A stretch of DNA of 63,923 bases, filler included, from Lama guanicoe (taxonomy: Eukaryota): assembly GCA_013239625.1 (NCBI GenBank). It is 73 parts of 72 records of this genome, joined end to end, with 100 filler letters (N's around TTAATTAATTAA, not from the genome) between each part and the next. Parts side by side here need not be neighbours in the genome. Positions count along the whole stretch, not along the records: positions 12,589 to 13,203 come from PNXV01016209.1; positions 13,304 to 14,928 come from MU055764.1; positions 15,029 to 16,054 come from MU055765.1; positions 16,155 to 16,966 come from PNXV01016217.1; positions 17,067 to 17,477 come from PNXV01016218.1; positions 17,578 to 18,397 come from PNXV01016227.1; positions 18,498 to 19,352 come from PNXV01016228.1; positions 19,453 to 20,140 come from PNXV01016234.1; 65 more parts are not named here. The stretch is one strand, 5' to 3'. Numbering within the stretch: the first letter of the stretch is position 1; the number at the start of each line of letters is the position of its first letter. Shown in pieces: positions 12,589 through 25,141 of this stretch. The translations under genes were made by a program, and so were the position numbers. The notes below the pieces were generated by a model. It made no database searches and had not been told where the DNA came from. It was given only the letters and a program-made list of their open reading frames with translations.

Positions 12589-13203
12589 GGCATCCTCTGT
12601 CCCTGGGATTGCCTGCAAACACTCCTAGCATTCCGTGCCCCAGAGACATTACGAAAAAACCCAGGGGAGTCGAGCTTAGGCATTCCGTTAGAACCCACGC
12701 GCTGCCGACCGTTGGTGGAACCTCCCCACTCTCAGGATTCCGGAACAATTGTCAGTGCGTGGGGGAGCTCGAACTCAGTCACAGGTGCTCCCTGTTAGGG
12801 GGAATTCTGAGAAATACCTTCCCTGACCTTGGGGAGGCAGCCTCTGCCACTGGGATTGACTGCAAAACGCCCTAGCATTCCCTGGCACAGGGACATTAGA
12901 AAAAAACCCAGGGGAGACGAGCTTAGGCATTTCATTAGAACCCACGTGCTGCCGATGGTTGGTGGAACCTCCCCACGCTCAGGATTCCGGGACCATTGTC
13001 AGTTCGTGGGGAGCTCGAGAGGCATCTCCACGCAGCTATCTTCAGACACAGGTGTTCCCTGAACGGGGAAGTCCGTGAAATAGCTTCCCTGAACTTGGGG
13101 ATGCCGCTTCTGTCAATGGGAATGCCTGTAAAACCCCTAGTATTTCCTGGCAACAGACATTAGGAAAAAACCCTGGGGAGACGAGCTTAGGCATTCCGTT
13201 AGA
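12589..13203 (+). repeat. Sat A array (one monomer with an internal deletion of about 20 bp near 12772)
   Basis: gagcttaggcatt anchor occurs three times. Confidence 0.95.
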
Positions 13204-13303
13204 NNNNNNNNNNNNNNNNNNNNNNNNNNNNNNNNNNNNNNNNNNNNTTAATTAATTAANNNNNNNNNNNNNNNNNNNNNNNNNNNNNNNNNNNNNNNNN
13301 NNN

Positions 13304-14928
13304 CCCTGGCACAGAGAAATTAGGAAAACCCTCAGGGCAGATGAGCTTAGGCTTTTCTTTAGAAACCACGTGCTGCCGACCGTTGGTGGAACCTCCCCAC
13401 GCTCAGGATTCCGGAAACATTGTCAGTGCGTGGGGGAGCTCGAGAGACAACTCCACGCAGCTCTCTTCAGTCACAGGTGTTCCCTGTTGGGGGAAGTCCG
13501 AGAAATACATTCCCTGACCTTGGCGAGGCAGCCTCTGNNNNNNNNNNNNNNNNNNNNNNNNNNNNNNNNNNNNNNNNNNNNNNNNNNNNNNNNNNNNNNN
13601 NNNNNNNNNNNNNNNNNNNNNNNNNNNNNNNNNNNNNNNNNNNNNNNNNNNNNNNNNNNNNNNNNNNNNNNNNNNNNNNNNNNNNNNNNNNNNNNNNNNN
13701 NNNNNNNNNNNNNNNNNNNNNNNNNNNNNNNNNNNNNNNNNNNNNNNNNNNNNNNNNNNNNNNNNNNNNNNNNNNNNNNNNNNNNNNNNNNNGAGGCAGC
13801 CTCTGACACTGGAATATCCTGCAAATCCCCCTAGCATTTCCTGGCACAGAGACATTAGGAAAAACCTCAGGGGAGACGAGCTTAGTCNNNNNNNNNNNNN
13901 NNNNNNNNNNNNNNNNNNNNNNNNNNNNNNNNNNNNNNNNNNNNNNNNNNNNNNNNNNNNNNNNNNNNNNNNNNNNNNNNNNNNNNNNNNNNNNNNNNNN
14001 NNNNNNNNNNNNNNNNNNNNNNNNNNNNNNNNNNNNNNNNNNNNNNNNNNNNNNNNNNNNNNNNNNNNNNNNNNNNNNNNNNNNNNNNNNNNNNNNNNNN
14101 NNNNNNNNNNNNNNNNNNNNNNNNNNNNNNNNNNNNNNNNNNNNNNNNNNNNNNNNNNNNNNNNNNNNNNNNNNNNNNNNNNNNNNNNNNNNNNNNNNNN
14201 NNNNNNNNNNNNNNNNNNNNNNNNNNNNNNNNNNNNNNNNNNNNNNNNNNNNNNNNNNNNNNNNNNNNNNNNNNNNNNNNNNNNNNNNNNNNNNNNNNNN
14301 NNNNNNNNNNNNNNNNNNNNNNNNNNNNNNNNNNNNNNNNNNNNNNNNNNNNNNNNNNNNNNNNNNNNNNNNNNNNNNNNNNNNNNNNNNNNNNNNNNNN
14401 NNNNNNNNNNNNNNNNNNNNNNNNNNNNNNNNNNNNNNNNNNNNNNNNNNNNNNNNNNNNNNNNNNNNNNNNNNNNNNGAACCATTGTCAGTGCGTTGGG
14501 GAGCTCGAGAGACAACTCCACGAATCGCGCTTCAGTCACAGGTTTTCCCTGTTCGGGCAAGCAGAGAAGTACCTTCCCTAAACTTGGGGAGTCAGCCTCT
14601 GTCACTGGGATATCGTGCAAAACCCCCTAGCATTCCCTGGCACAGAGACATTAGGAAAACCCTCAGGGGAGACGAGCTTAGGCTTTCCGTTAGAACCCAC
14701 GCGCTGCCGACCGTTGGTGGAACTTCCCCACGCTCAGGATTCCAGAACCATTGTCAGTGCGTTGGGGAGCTCGAGAGACAACTCCACGAATCGCGCTTCA
14801 GTCACAGGTGTTCCCTGTTCCGGGAAGTCCGAGAAGTACCTTCCCTGACCTTGGAGAGGCAGCCTCTGTCACTGGGATATCGTGCAAAACCCCCTAGCAT
14901 TCCCTGGCACAGAGACATTAGGAAAACC
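13304..14928 (+). repeat. Sat A array with internal gaps
   Basis: accattgtcagtgcg at 14481 and 14747 (period 266). Confidence 0.96.
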
Positions 14929-15028
14929 NNNNNNNNNNNNNNNNNNNNNNNNNNNNNNNNNNNNNNNNNNNNTTAATTAATTAANNNNNNNNNNNNNNNN
15001 NNNNNNNNNNNNNNNNNNNNNNNNNNNN

Positions 15029-16054
15029 CCACACAAGGTTGTGTTCCAGTATCATGAGGGTGGGGTAGTTCCTCCAAAAGATATCAGCGTCCTGGTTTGA
15101 ATAGAATCCCTTTGCTTGTCTTCCCTGATGGTTTGCCTAGGCCAGTGTGTGGTTGAAAGTGGGATTTGGGATCTAAAACTAAGTATTAGCGTGTGCCTCT
15201 CCATGGGTAGTGGAGATGATTAAACTACAACCCACAACTTGGGAATNNNNNNNNNNNNNNNNNNNNNNNNNNNNNNNNNNNNNNNNNNNNNNNNNNNNNN
15301 NNNNNNNNNNNNNNNNNNNNNNNNNNNNNNNNNNNNNNNNNNNNNNNNNNNNNNNNNNNNNNNNNNNNNNNNNNNNNNNNNNNNNNNNNNNNNNNNNNNN
15401 NNNNNNNNNNNNNNNNNNNNNNNNNNNNNNNNNNNNNNNNNNNNNNNNNNNNNNNNNNNNNNNNNNNNNNNNNNNNNNNNNNNNNNNNNNNNNNNNNNNN
15501 NNNNNNNNNNNNNNNNNNNNNNNNNNNNNNNNNNNNNNNNNNNNNNNNNNNNNNNNNNNNNNNNNNNNNNNNNNNNNNNNNNNNNNNNNNNNNNNNNNNN
15601 NNNNNNNNNNNNNNNNNNNNNNNNNNNNNNNNNNNNNNNNNNNNNNNNNNNNNNNNNNNNNNNNNNNNNNNNNNNNNNNNNNNNNNNNNNNNNNNNNNNN
15701 NNNNNNNNNNNNNNNNNNNNNNNNNNNNNNNNNNCCATGGGATGTGGGTTTTTAACCTACAACCCACAACCATGGAATAAATGTGCCCCCTGAAAGATGC
15801 TTTGAATGTTTCCCTACATCCAGCACACACGTGAAGAAGTGTTCTGTTATTCTGAGTGTGGGGAGGTTCCTCAAACTGACAGCAGTACCTGGGTTCTATT
15901 AGTATCCCTTGGCTTCTGTTCCCCGAGTGTTCCTTTAGGCCAGGCCATGAGGGAAAGCTGGGGGTTGGGCTTGGAGGCCAAGTAGCAGTGAGTGCCATCT
16001 GATCAACTGAGGAAGTACTTAGAGGACTTCTCCCTAAACAGAACACGTTTTCCT
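15029..16054 (-). repeat. Sat B array
   Basis: 15735-16029 is a close reverse-complement match to 5155-5447. Confidence 0.88.
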
Positions 16055-16214
16055 NNNNNNNNNNNNNNNNNNNNNNNNNNNNNNNNNNNNNNNNNNNNTT
16101 AATTAATTAANNNNNNNNNNNNNNNNNNNNNNNNNNNNNNNNNNNNNNNNNNNNAGAGGATTTTAAAAGGCTAAAATGGCTTTTGGTACATTGAAGGTTA
16201 ACTGAGAGTTTGTA

Positions 16215-16319
16215 TATTTACTTACTTATTTATTTGTTGTTTTTAATGGAGGCACCAGGGATTAAGCCCAGGACCTCGTGCATGCTGAGCACCTGCTGTA
16301 CAACTGAGCTGTGCCCTCC
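16215..16319 (-). mobile_element. tRNA-Ala-derived SINE (Vic-1-like)
   Basis: Reverse complement GGAGGGCACAGCTCAGTTGTACAGCAGGTGCTCAGCATGCACGAGGTCCTGGGCTTAATCCCTGGTGCCTCCA plus A-rich tail. Confidence 0.85.
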
Positions 16320-17066
16320 GCACTGTGGTTAACTTGTCTTCATTTTTTTGATGGTCGGTGTCATGCCAGCACATACAAATTCCAACTATAAAAAGGAAAA
16401 CAAGGAACTGAGAGTGTCCTTTGATCTGACCTTCCGGGTAGAGTCACTAGGCCACAATGTGCTTGCTTCACTTAGTGGTATATTTGGAGTATCTCTTCCA
16501 TTTCACTTCTTGGTGTATTAGGAGATACATTTTTAAACTTATTAATGCAGTGAAGCCTGGGTAGTAAGAACAGTCATATCCATGATAATCTCTGATGTCA
16601 TTTGTAAAAGTAACGGCACATTTAAAAGTGGCCACATTGAGTCAGGTCTCACCCAATCCTGCTCGCACCTGGTCAGAGGGGGACCCCTGTCTCCCTCCAG
16701 GAGAACTTAAAGACGTTCTGTTCGTGTACAGAAGAGAGAGAGAAGTGACAGGCAGCGGTGTAGACGCTGGGGTGCCCTCACCCGTGCGATGCTGCCTGCA
16801 CCGTTTTATCCTCATCCTGTCCCCGATGTGGCCTTCCTCACTCACTCCGCATCCTTTTGTTTGTCCAATCTGTGTGATCATCATGATCTTTCCTTTTGCT
16901 GCAGGAGGTGACGTGGGAACCCAGCTCTTCACACGTGATGAGGGCCGGGTCCTGGACTGACTGGGGNNNNNNNNNNNNNNNNNNNNNNNNNNNNNNNNNN
17001 NNNNNNNNNNTTAATTAATTAANNNNNNNNNNNNNNNNNNNNNNNNNNNNNNNNNNNNNNNNNNNN

Positions 17067-17477
17067 ACTGCTCAGCCATAAAAAATAAAATAATGCCATT
17101 TGCAATAACATGGATATAATTACAGGGTATTATGCTAAGTGAAATAAGTCAGAGAAAGAAAAACAAATATTCTATGTGTTAACTTATATGTATATCTAAA
17201 AAATAAAACAAATTAATGACTATAATAAAACAGAAATAGACTCACAGGTACACAGAACAGACTTGTGGATACCAATGTGGAGAAGGAGGAGAGGGGAGGC
17301 AGGAAGGGGTAGACGATTGAGAAGTAAAAATTACTACCTATAAATGGATAGGTTACAGGGAAATATAGCCATTATTTTATGGTGACTTTAAATGAAATAT
17401 AATCTATAAAAATGAGTGAGCCTCTGTGTTGTACACCTGAAACTAATATGATGTATATCAACTACTCAATTACAAAA
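17067..17477 (+). mobile_element. L1 3' end (older subfamily)
   Basis: ctcagccataaaa...atgctaagtgaaataagtcag...tgtacacctgaaactaata. Confidence 0.9.
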
Positions 17478-18497
17478 NNNNNNNNNNNNNNNNNNNNNNN
17501 NNNNNNNNNNNNNNNNNNNNNTTAATTAATTAANNNNNNNNNNNNNNNNNNNNNNNNNNNNNNNNNNNNNNNNNNNNAAAAAATTTCACTGGATAGACAA
17601 TTGCCTGGCACCACTTGTTGAAAACAATTTTCCCCCCAATTTAATGTTGCCCACTGTGGTAAAAAAAAAAAATCAGTGGATGTGTCTTTTCACATTGGAG
17701 TTTTGCTCTGGATACACGCCCAGCAGTGGGATCTCGGACTTTTCTTGCTTCTGACCTAAGCAGGAGAAGGTCACTATGTGGAACCTACACTTCAGGGGAG
17801 GGGGCTTTAGCTCCACCTCCTTGATGGATGTCATGGATTATTAAGAATTCTTCTGCATAGGAGTTCTCCATTCAATCCCATCTATTCAACAGCAACAACA
17901 ACAAGAAAACCCAACAACCTATGTCATCATTTAACTTCACCATTGTGGACACCTGAATAGTTATTTTAGTCTTTTGGTTATAATCCAGCACCACAGGTTT
18001 GGTTGCTCGGTTTATTCCTGCTTTGGCTACTGAGAACTCTTTCATTGGCTCCTGTTTCCTTTGAAGTCATTCCATATTTTGGGGGTTTTTTCTGCCCTGG
18101 TACCTCCTTACTTTCTGATACAAGATTCAAGATGATCCTGGCTCATATATTGACTGTCTCAGTCCTAGTAGAAGCACTGATTCCTTTAATTAAAGAATGG
18201 TATTAAGAACTTACATATGGGAGGAAAATGCTCTCATCTGACAGTGCAAGGAAACGTGTGCATGTGTTCCCACCTTAGTGTATTGTTGTTGCTCAGGGAC
18301 CACCCATCTGCCACAACCACGTAGTGTTTTAAATGTAAGTTTCTTAGAAATGGCCAAAGCAGGAGGGACACTCTGACCCCCGCTCTATCTCCCTGAANNN
18401 NNNNNNNNNNNNNNNNNNNNNNNNNNNNNNNNNNNNNNNNNTTAATTAATTAANNNNNNNNNNNNNNNNNNNNNNNNNNNNNNNNNNNNNNNNNNNN

Positions 18498-19352
18498 AGG
18501 AAGACATACAAATAGCCAACAGGCACACGAAAAAATGCTCAGTATCACTCATCATCAGAGAAATGCAAATCAAAACTATAGTGAGGTACTACCTCACAGT
18601 GGTCAGAATGACCATTATTCAAAAGTCCACAAACAATAAATGCTGGAGAGGCTGTGGAGAAAAGGGAGCCCTCCTACACTGCTGGTGGGAATGCAGTTTG
18701 GTGCAGCCACTGTGGAAAACAGTATGGAGATTCCTCAAAAGACTAGGAATAGACTTACCATATGACCCAGTAATCTTGCTCCTGGGCATATATCCAGAAG
18801 GAACCGTACTTCACACCTGCACCCAATGTTCACAGCAGCACTATTTACAATAGCCAAGACATGGAAACAGCCTAGATGCCCATCAACAGATGACTGGATA
18901 AAGAAGAGGCGGTATATTTATACAATGGAATATTATTCAGCCATAAAAACTGACAACAGAACACCATTTGCAGCAACATGGATGTCCCTGGAGAATGTCA
19001 TTCTAAGTCAAGTAAGCCAGAAAGAGAAAGAAAAATATCATATGCGATCGCTCATATATGGAATCTAAAAAAAAAAAAAAGATGATGACAAATGAACATA
19101 AATACAAAACAGAAACAGACTCATAGACATCAAATACAAACTTGTGGTTGCAGGTGAGATGGGGGTGGGAAGAGACAGACTGGGAGATTGAAATTTGTAG
19201 ATACTGACAGGTATATATAGAATAGATAAACAAGATTATGCTGTATAGCACAGAGAAATATATACAAGATCTTGCGGTAGCTCACGGTGAAAAAGAATGT
19301 GAAAATGAATATATGTATGTGCATGTATGACAGAAAAATTGTGCTCTACACT
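18498..19352 (+). mobile_element. L1 ORF2 C-terminus (Cys-rich region) and 3' UTR
   Basis: Translations [12 protein letters not shown]...[18 protein letters not shown]...PYDP and [27 protein letters not shown]...YTMEYYSAIK; frame broken by a deletion. Confidence 0.97.
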
Positions 19353-20644
19353 NNNNNNNNNNNNNNNNNNNNNNNNNNNNNNNNNNNNNNNNNNNNTTAA
19401 TTAATTAANNNNNNNNNNNNNNNNNNNNNNNNNNNNNNNNNNNNNNNNNNNNGGGACTGCCGCCCTCTCTGAAGCTTGGCTTAAGTCTTTGGTCCGGGAA
19501 GTTGTGTTAGTTCGAGATACCGCTGCTGCCCAAAAACCCGAGTCATGACTCAGTTTCCAGAACCTGAAAGGGCAGACAGTGGAAGATCTGCCTGTCATCA
19601 GCTTACTGGTGAGGCTTCAAGGTAATTTCAGTCTTGCCCAGTCCTGGTGAAGTCGACTTTATGGGAGACACGAAGAGAAGCCGTCCGGAAAGCTGGCTGC
19701 ACGGATTGATGAGAGATAGTCTGCTACAGTGGAGAATACTGGTCTGGAGACAACTGTAGACATTCATGAGACATATTGAACTTCGCTGATACAGGCAGAA
19801 ACATATGGAGTGCCAACGTGGACCTGAGGAAACTCCTCAATTCTCTGCTCCAAGAATGGGTCCAAGATCCCTGATGTCTAAAAGAGAGGAGATGGTAGAG
19901 ATGTTCAAAACGCTCATGTTCTTGGAAGAGGTCGTGAGAATTCACACGTCCTAAGGGGCATTCCCAAGCCATTCAGACTAAATGCAACAAGCCCTGGAAA
20001 GCCTTTTCCCAGGTTTAGGCCTAGCCAGCAAGCACTTGCTCTTCCCTCCCCTCCACTCATGCATCCGTTTGGAATTATCAGTACCTGAGCTACAATGAAG
20101 CCAGTGCGAGAAGAGTAAGCCCTCCTCGAATCAGAGTTCGNNNNNNNNNNNNNNNNNNNNNNNNNNNNNNNNNNNNNNNNNNNNTTAATTAATTAANNNN
20201 NNNNNNNNNNNNNNNNNNNNNNNNNNNNNNNNNNNNNNNNAAGGCATATAAAACTTACAATAGGCAGAGTACCCTAAACAATTCTGTACTCACCTCTGTC
20301 CCTCACTGCCTGCTCCCTCCCATATAATCTATTAAGACGTTTTGGTGATTAGCCTTCTAAAGGGTTAACTTGCTTCCTTATCTACCACTCTGGTACAATT
20401 CATCATCTTTTCTTTCCTGTTCTCTTGAAAAGCCCTCCAGACTGATCTTCTTTCTACTTTTGNNNNNNNNNNNNNNNNNNNNNNNNNNNNNNNNNNNNNN
20501 NNNNNNNNNNNNNNNNNNNNNNNNNNNNNNNNNNNNNNNNNNNNNNNNNNNNNNNNNNNNNNNNNNNNNNNNNNNNNNNNNNNNNNNNNNNNNNNNNNNN
20601 NNNNNNNNNNNNNNNNNNNNNNNNNNNNNNNNNNNNNNNNNNNN

Positions 20645-20985
20645 ATCAATGGATATCTACCTTAACACATCATTATCACACAAAGTCTATAGTCATTCTT
20701 AAGTTGTATATTCTATAGGTGTAGACAAATGTTTAACGACATGTAGCCACCATAAACATGTCATACACAGTATGTTCACTGCCACCCAAATTCTTTGTGC
20801 TCTACATATTCATCCTTATCCTCCTAAAACCCTAGCACCCATCAATCTTTTAATTATCTCTGTAGTTTTGCCTTTTCTAGAATATTATATAGTTGGAACC
20901 ATACAGTATATAGCCTTTTCATATTGGCTTCTTTCACTTCTTTTCACTCATACACTTACGTTTTGCCATGTCTTTTCATGCCCAG
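20645..20985 (-). mobile_element. Old L1M-type 3' fragment
   Basis: tctctgtagttttgccttttctagaat...atagttggaaccatacagtatatagccttttc...ggcttctttcactt. Confidence 0.75.
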
Positions 20986-21365
20986 AGTTGTCTTTTAAAG
21001 TCATAAATTCAGTTATGTCCTTCTCCTCATTTAAATACCTCCATTATTTTTTCAGTACCCTTAGCACAAAAATCCAGCTTCTTTACCCTGGACTATGTCC
21101 CCATCAGTTCTCTTCGATTAACCTCTTACCTTCCTTCATCCTACTTACTGTGCTCCATGATCATCTTCACGTTCTCACAAATGTCAGGATTGTTACCACC
21201 TTCATACCTACACTTACCATCCTGTCTGCTTGGGATGTTTATGTCCCTGGTTATTGTACTAAGAGNNNNNNNNNNNNNNNNNNNNNNNNNNNNNNNNNNN
21301 NNNNNNNNNTTAATTAATTAANNNNNNNNNNNNNNNNNNNNNNNNNNNNNNNNNNNNNNNNNNNN

Positions 21366-21691
21366 ATACAGTGTAATCTTGTTTATCTGTTCTACAATTT
21401 TGAAATTCCAGTCTGTCCCTTCTCACCCCTTACCCCCTTGGCAATCATGTTTGTATTCTATGTTTATGAGTCCATTTCTGAAACAGCCTAAATGTCCATC
21501 AACAGATGACTGGATAAAGAAGATGTGGTATATTTATACAATGGAATACTATTCAGCCATAAAAACTGACAACATAACGTCATTTGCAGCAGCATAGATG
21601 TTCCTGGAGAATGAGTCATTCTAAGCGAAGTAAGCCAGAAAGAGAAAGAAAAATACCATATGAGATCGCTCATATGTGGAATCTAAGAAAA
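21366..21691. mobile_element. 5'-inverted L1 insertion (3' UTR on - strand 21366-21480; ORF2 end on + strand 21481-21691)
   Basis: Abrupt strand switch at ...gagtccatttctg|aaacagcctaaatgtccatc; both pieces match neighbouring parts of the 18498-19352 L1. Confidence 0.85.
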
Positions 21692-21944
21692 CTTTTTTTT
21701 TAAATTGGGATATTATCAAGTGTTATTAAAATGTGTTAAATAAATACCAAACTGAGACATCTCTCTTGATGGAATATAATTTTATAGTTGAAAAGGGAGA
21801 GGTTCATCTCATCCAATTAATATCATATAATTATTCCATTCATAATCATTTAAGTCAGCACACCACATAAAATGAAGTTCAGCTAAAGTCAACTTGAACC
21901 ACCAAAGTATGATGTCTTGCTGTAGGCAAATATGCCATAGAAAC

Positions 21945-22110
21945 TACCAGAATCACCAGGGGAGTTGTTTTAAATCTAGCCATGCTCAGGGCACCCAGCA
22001 GAGCTTCACATTCGGTTGATCTGAGTGGGACCTGGGCATCAGTATATTCCCCAGACTCCAAGGTGATTATAACGTGCAGCAGAAGAGTGAGAACTCGGCT
22101 CCAGAACAAC
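21945..22110. mobile_element. MER5A-like hAT-Charlie DNA transposon relic
   Basis: agaatcaccaggggagttgttttaaat...ctgagtgggacctgggcatcagtat...ggtgattataacgtgcagc...gagaac. Confidence 0.7.
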
Positions 22111-22499
22111 ACACTTCATACAGAAGATTATTTAGCAGCTTGTTTTAGGGATCTTAGAAAATAAATCGTTCAATACTCAGATCCAACTTTTATTTTCTGA
22201 TACAATTTGTAGACTANNNNNNNNNNNNNNNNNNNNNNNNNNNNNNNNNNNNNNNNNNNNTTAATTAATTAANNNNNNNNNNNNNNNNNNNNNNNNNNNN
22301 NNNNNNNNNNNNNNNNGTTAACTTCTTTATTATTCACTCTCCAGTGATGATTGTTGCTAGTTGATGTAGTCAAGTCATGCTCAAGTCTTTCCTGCTCATG
22401 ACACTAAAAACAGTCATGACTTACAGAATGCTCAAAGAAGGAAGTATTTGATTGATTTTATTTTGCTACCCAATCAAACCAATCAAATAAAAACCCCGG

Positions 22500-22630
22500 T
22501 GTTGACACAGATTATAAGCCCTCCAGAATAGGGTCACTGTCTTCCTTGTGTTTCATTGGTTCGGTCACAGTGTCTGGATAGTGCATTTCAGTCCAGCAAT
22601 TTTGTGAGGATACATCGTGAATCATTGTAA
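22500..22630 (+). mobile_element. L2 3' end relic
   Basis: agattataagccctccagaatagggtcactgtctt...cacagtgtctgg. Confidence 0.55.
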
Positions 22631-24820
22631 GGACAGAATTTTGACAATAGACTGTGTTGTTTATTTTATAAGGGAATAGATAATATAGAAATACTGCTCA
22701 GATCTATTTTAAAATTAAGCTTGGAATTTTGAGAAGAATTCAAGGAACCATACAAAGATCTTTTTCAATAATTTTAGATCTATCTTAGACATTTTGTGGT
22801 TATATAGCAGAATAACTTATCAAGTAGATTTGACAAGAGGAATGTAGTATTGATTATTTGTTTTAGTTGAAATATTCCAACTGGGATAAATTAATCAGTG
22901 CCTATAAATGAACAAATATGTTTGTATTTCTATGCAACATGAGAGAAGGCTTCATATGTTTGTATGTAATATATATGATTGTGTGTTTTAATCTGTCTGA
23001 CAGTGTTTTTAAAGTTTTTAAGCAATGTTGTAACTTTAGAATTCTCCTAAGAAATACACTCNNNNNNNNNNNNNNNNNNNNNNNNNNNNNNNNNNNNNNN
23101 NNNNNTTAATTAATTAANNNNNNNNNNNNNNNNNNNNNNNNNNNNNNNNNNNNNNNNNNNNAATTATTCTAAGATTTTATTAGCAACTCTAGAACCATTG
23201 ATGGGAAAGGTAATACACAAATGTAGCTTTTTAAACCAGTTTTTTTAACTAAGTTCTTAAATTAACCATTAGATATATTGTCTACGTATAAACTTGATTT
23301 TATTAGGTACCAATAAAACGGCTGTTTATAATGAGAGCTCTTTCAACTTTCATCAATTTAAAAGTTTTTCCAAATTAAGGGATCCATCATATGGCNNNNN
23401 NNNNNNNNNNNNNNNNNNNNNNNNNNNNNNNNNNNNNNNNNNNNNNNNNNNNNNNNNNNNNNNNNNNNNNNNNNNNNNNNNNNNNNNNNNNNNNNNNNNN
23501 NNNNNNNNNNNNNNNNNNNNNNNNNNNNNNNNNNNNNNNNNNNNNNNNNNNNNNNNNNNNNNNNNNNNNNNNNNNNNNNNNNNNNNNNNNNNNNNNNNNN
23601 NNNNNNNNNNNNNNNNNNNNNNNNNNNNNNNNNNNNNNNNNNNNNNNNATGTATACAAGTACCTTTTGCATGGCAGAGTCCAAGTTTTCCCTTAAAAAAA
23701 AAAAAGGAAACAAATATATACATACATACACACACATAAAAAAACCAGAGAAAGATAAAACGTTTTCATTTCAAGGACACAGGAAGAGAAATCCAAGTTC
23801 CCCCTAAAGGGGTTTTGGTTTTTATAAGTTCAGAATTCCAAAAAATGTTTTTATGAGGCCTGGTTAGATACTTTAAGAGTGAGTATTTTTTTAATTCCTA
23901 ATTAAAGTTGTAAGTTTTGTATGTATATAAACCTGGCTGGGGTAGCAGTTGGAGGCTGGCAAACTGTAATTTCTTTTTCTTTTTTGCCTTTTCTTTTCTT
24001 TTCTTTCTTTTTTTTTTGGGGGGGGAAGTTCTATTCCCCATTCTAAGGAAGGGTTGTGAGAATAAAATTGCTAGTAGGTTTTCCCNNNNNNNNNNNNNNN
24101 NNNNNNNNNNNNNNNNNNNNNNNNNNNNNTTAATTAATTAANNNNNNNNNNNNNNNNNNNNNNNNNNNNNNNNNNNNNNNNNNNNTATCTTCTGGAAATT
24201 GGAATTGCTAGTAAGGAAAAATAGGACTCATTCATTTCTTTGCTTTTATGGAGATATCTGAATTTAGACATGTCCCTTAGCAATATTTATCTTGCTGCTA
24301 GGCCAACATATCCATCTGTATTAGGAAAATCTTATTTACCTTTACCCTTTCTTCTGAGAGGCCTACAGTAAACTTCTATAATTAAACTGATTTTGCTTGT
24401 CTGTTTACTACATTTTTAAGGTGTAATTTACCATAAAATTACATTAGTTTCATGTGCACAACATAAAGATTTGATATATGTATATATTGTAAATTATTCA
24501 CCACAAAAAGTTTAGTAAACTTACTTTCTATTTCTTTGTAGTAATGCTCACTAAATTTGTGATTGGTGTATTTTTATTCTCATTTTAATGGAATTCTATA
24601 TAATTTGAANNNNNNNNNNNNNNNNNNNNNNNNNNNNNNNNNNNNNNNNNNNNNNNNNNNNNNNNNNNNNNNNNNNNNNNNNNNNNNNNNNNNNNNNNNN
24701 NNNNNNNNNNNNNNNNNNNNNNNNNNNNNNNNNNNNNNNNNNNNNNNNNNNNNNNNNNNNNNNNNNNNNNNNNNNNNNNNNNNNNNNNNNNNNNNNNNNN
24801 NNNNNNNNNNNNNNNNNNNN

Positions 24821-24940
24821 AAAAATTATTCAGCGTCACTAATCATTGGGAAAATGCAAATCAAAACCAGAGCTAGATATTACTTCACACATGTCAGCAT
24901 GGCTATCATTTAGGGGAAAAATGGTGAAAAGTGTGGGTGA
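24821..24940 (+). mobile_element. L1 ORF2 fragment
   Basis: tcactaatcattgggaaaatgcaaatcaaaacc...atggctatcatt. Confidence 0.75.
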
Positions 24941-25141
24941 CAGCAGGCCAGTCCCCTCAGATAACCGTGCCTTTGTGGGAGAATTGATCTGCTCTAACAG
25001 GCATTTTAATCACATTACCTGTGATCTAGAGTAGGACAGTCNNNNNNNNNNNNNNNNNNNNNNNNNNNNNNNNNNNNNNNNNNNNTTAATTAATTAANNN
25101 NNNNNNNNNNNNNNNNNNNNNNNNNNNNNNNNNNNNNNNNN

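Noticed and set aside
14485..14976. Repeated 'proteins' such as RTHALPTVGGTSPRSGF in Sat A, and the 52321-52761 peptides
   Set aside because: GC-rich tandem repeats with few stops; 267 is a multiple of 3, so frames repeat; indels between copies do not preserve frame.
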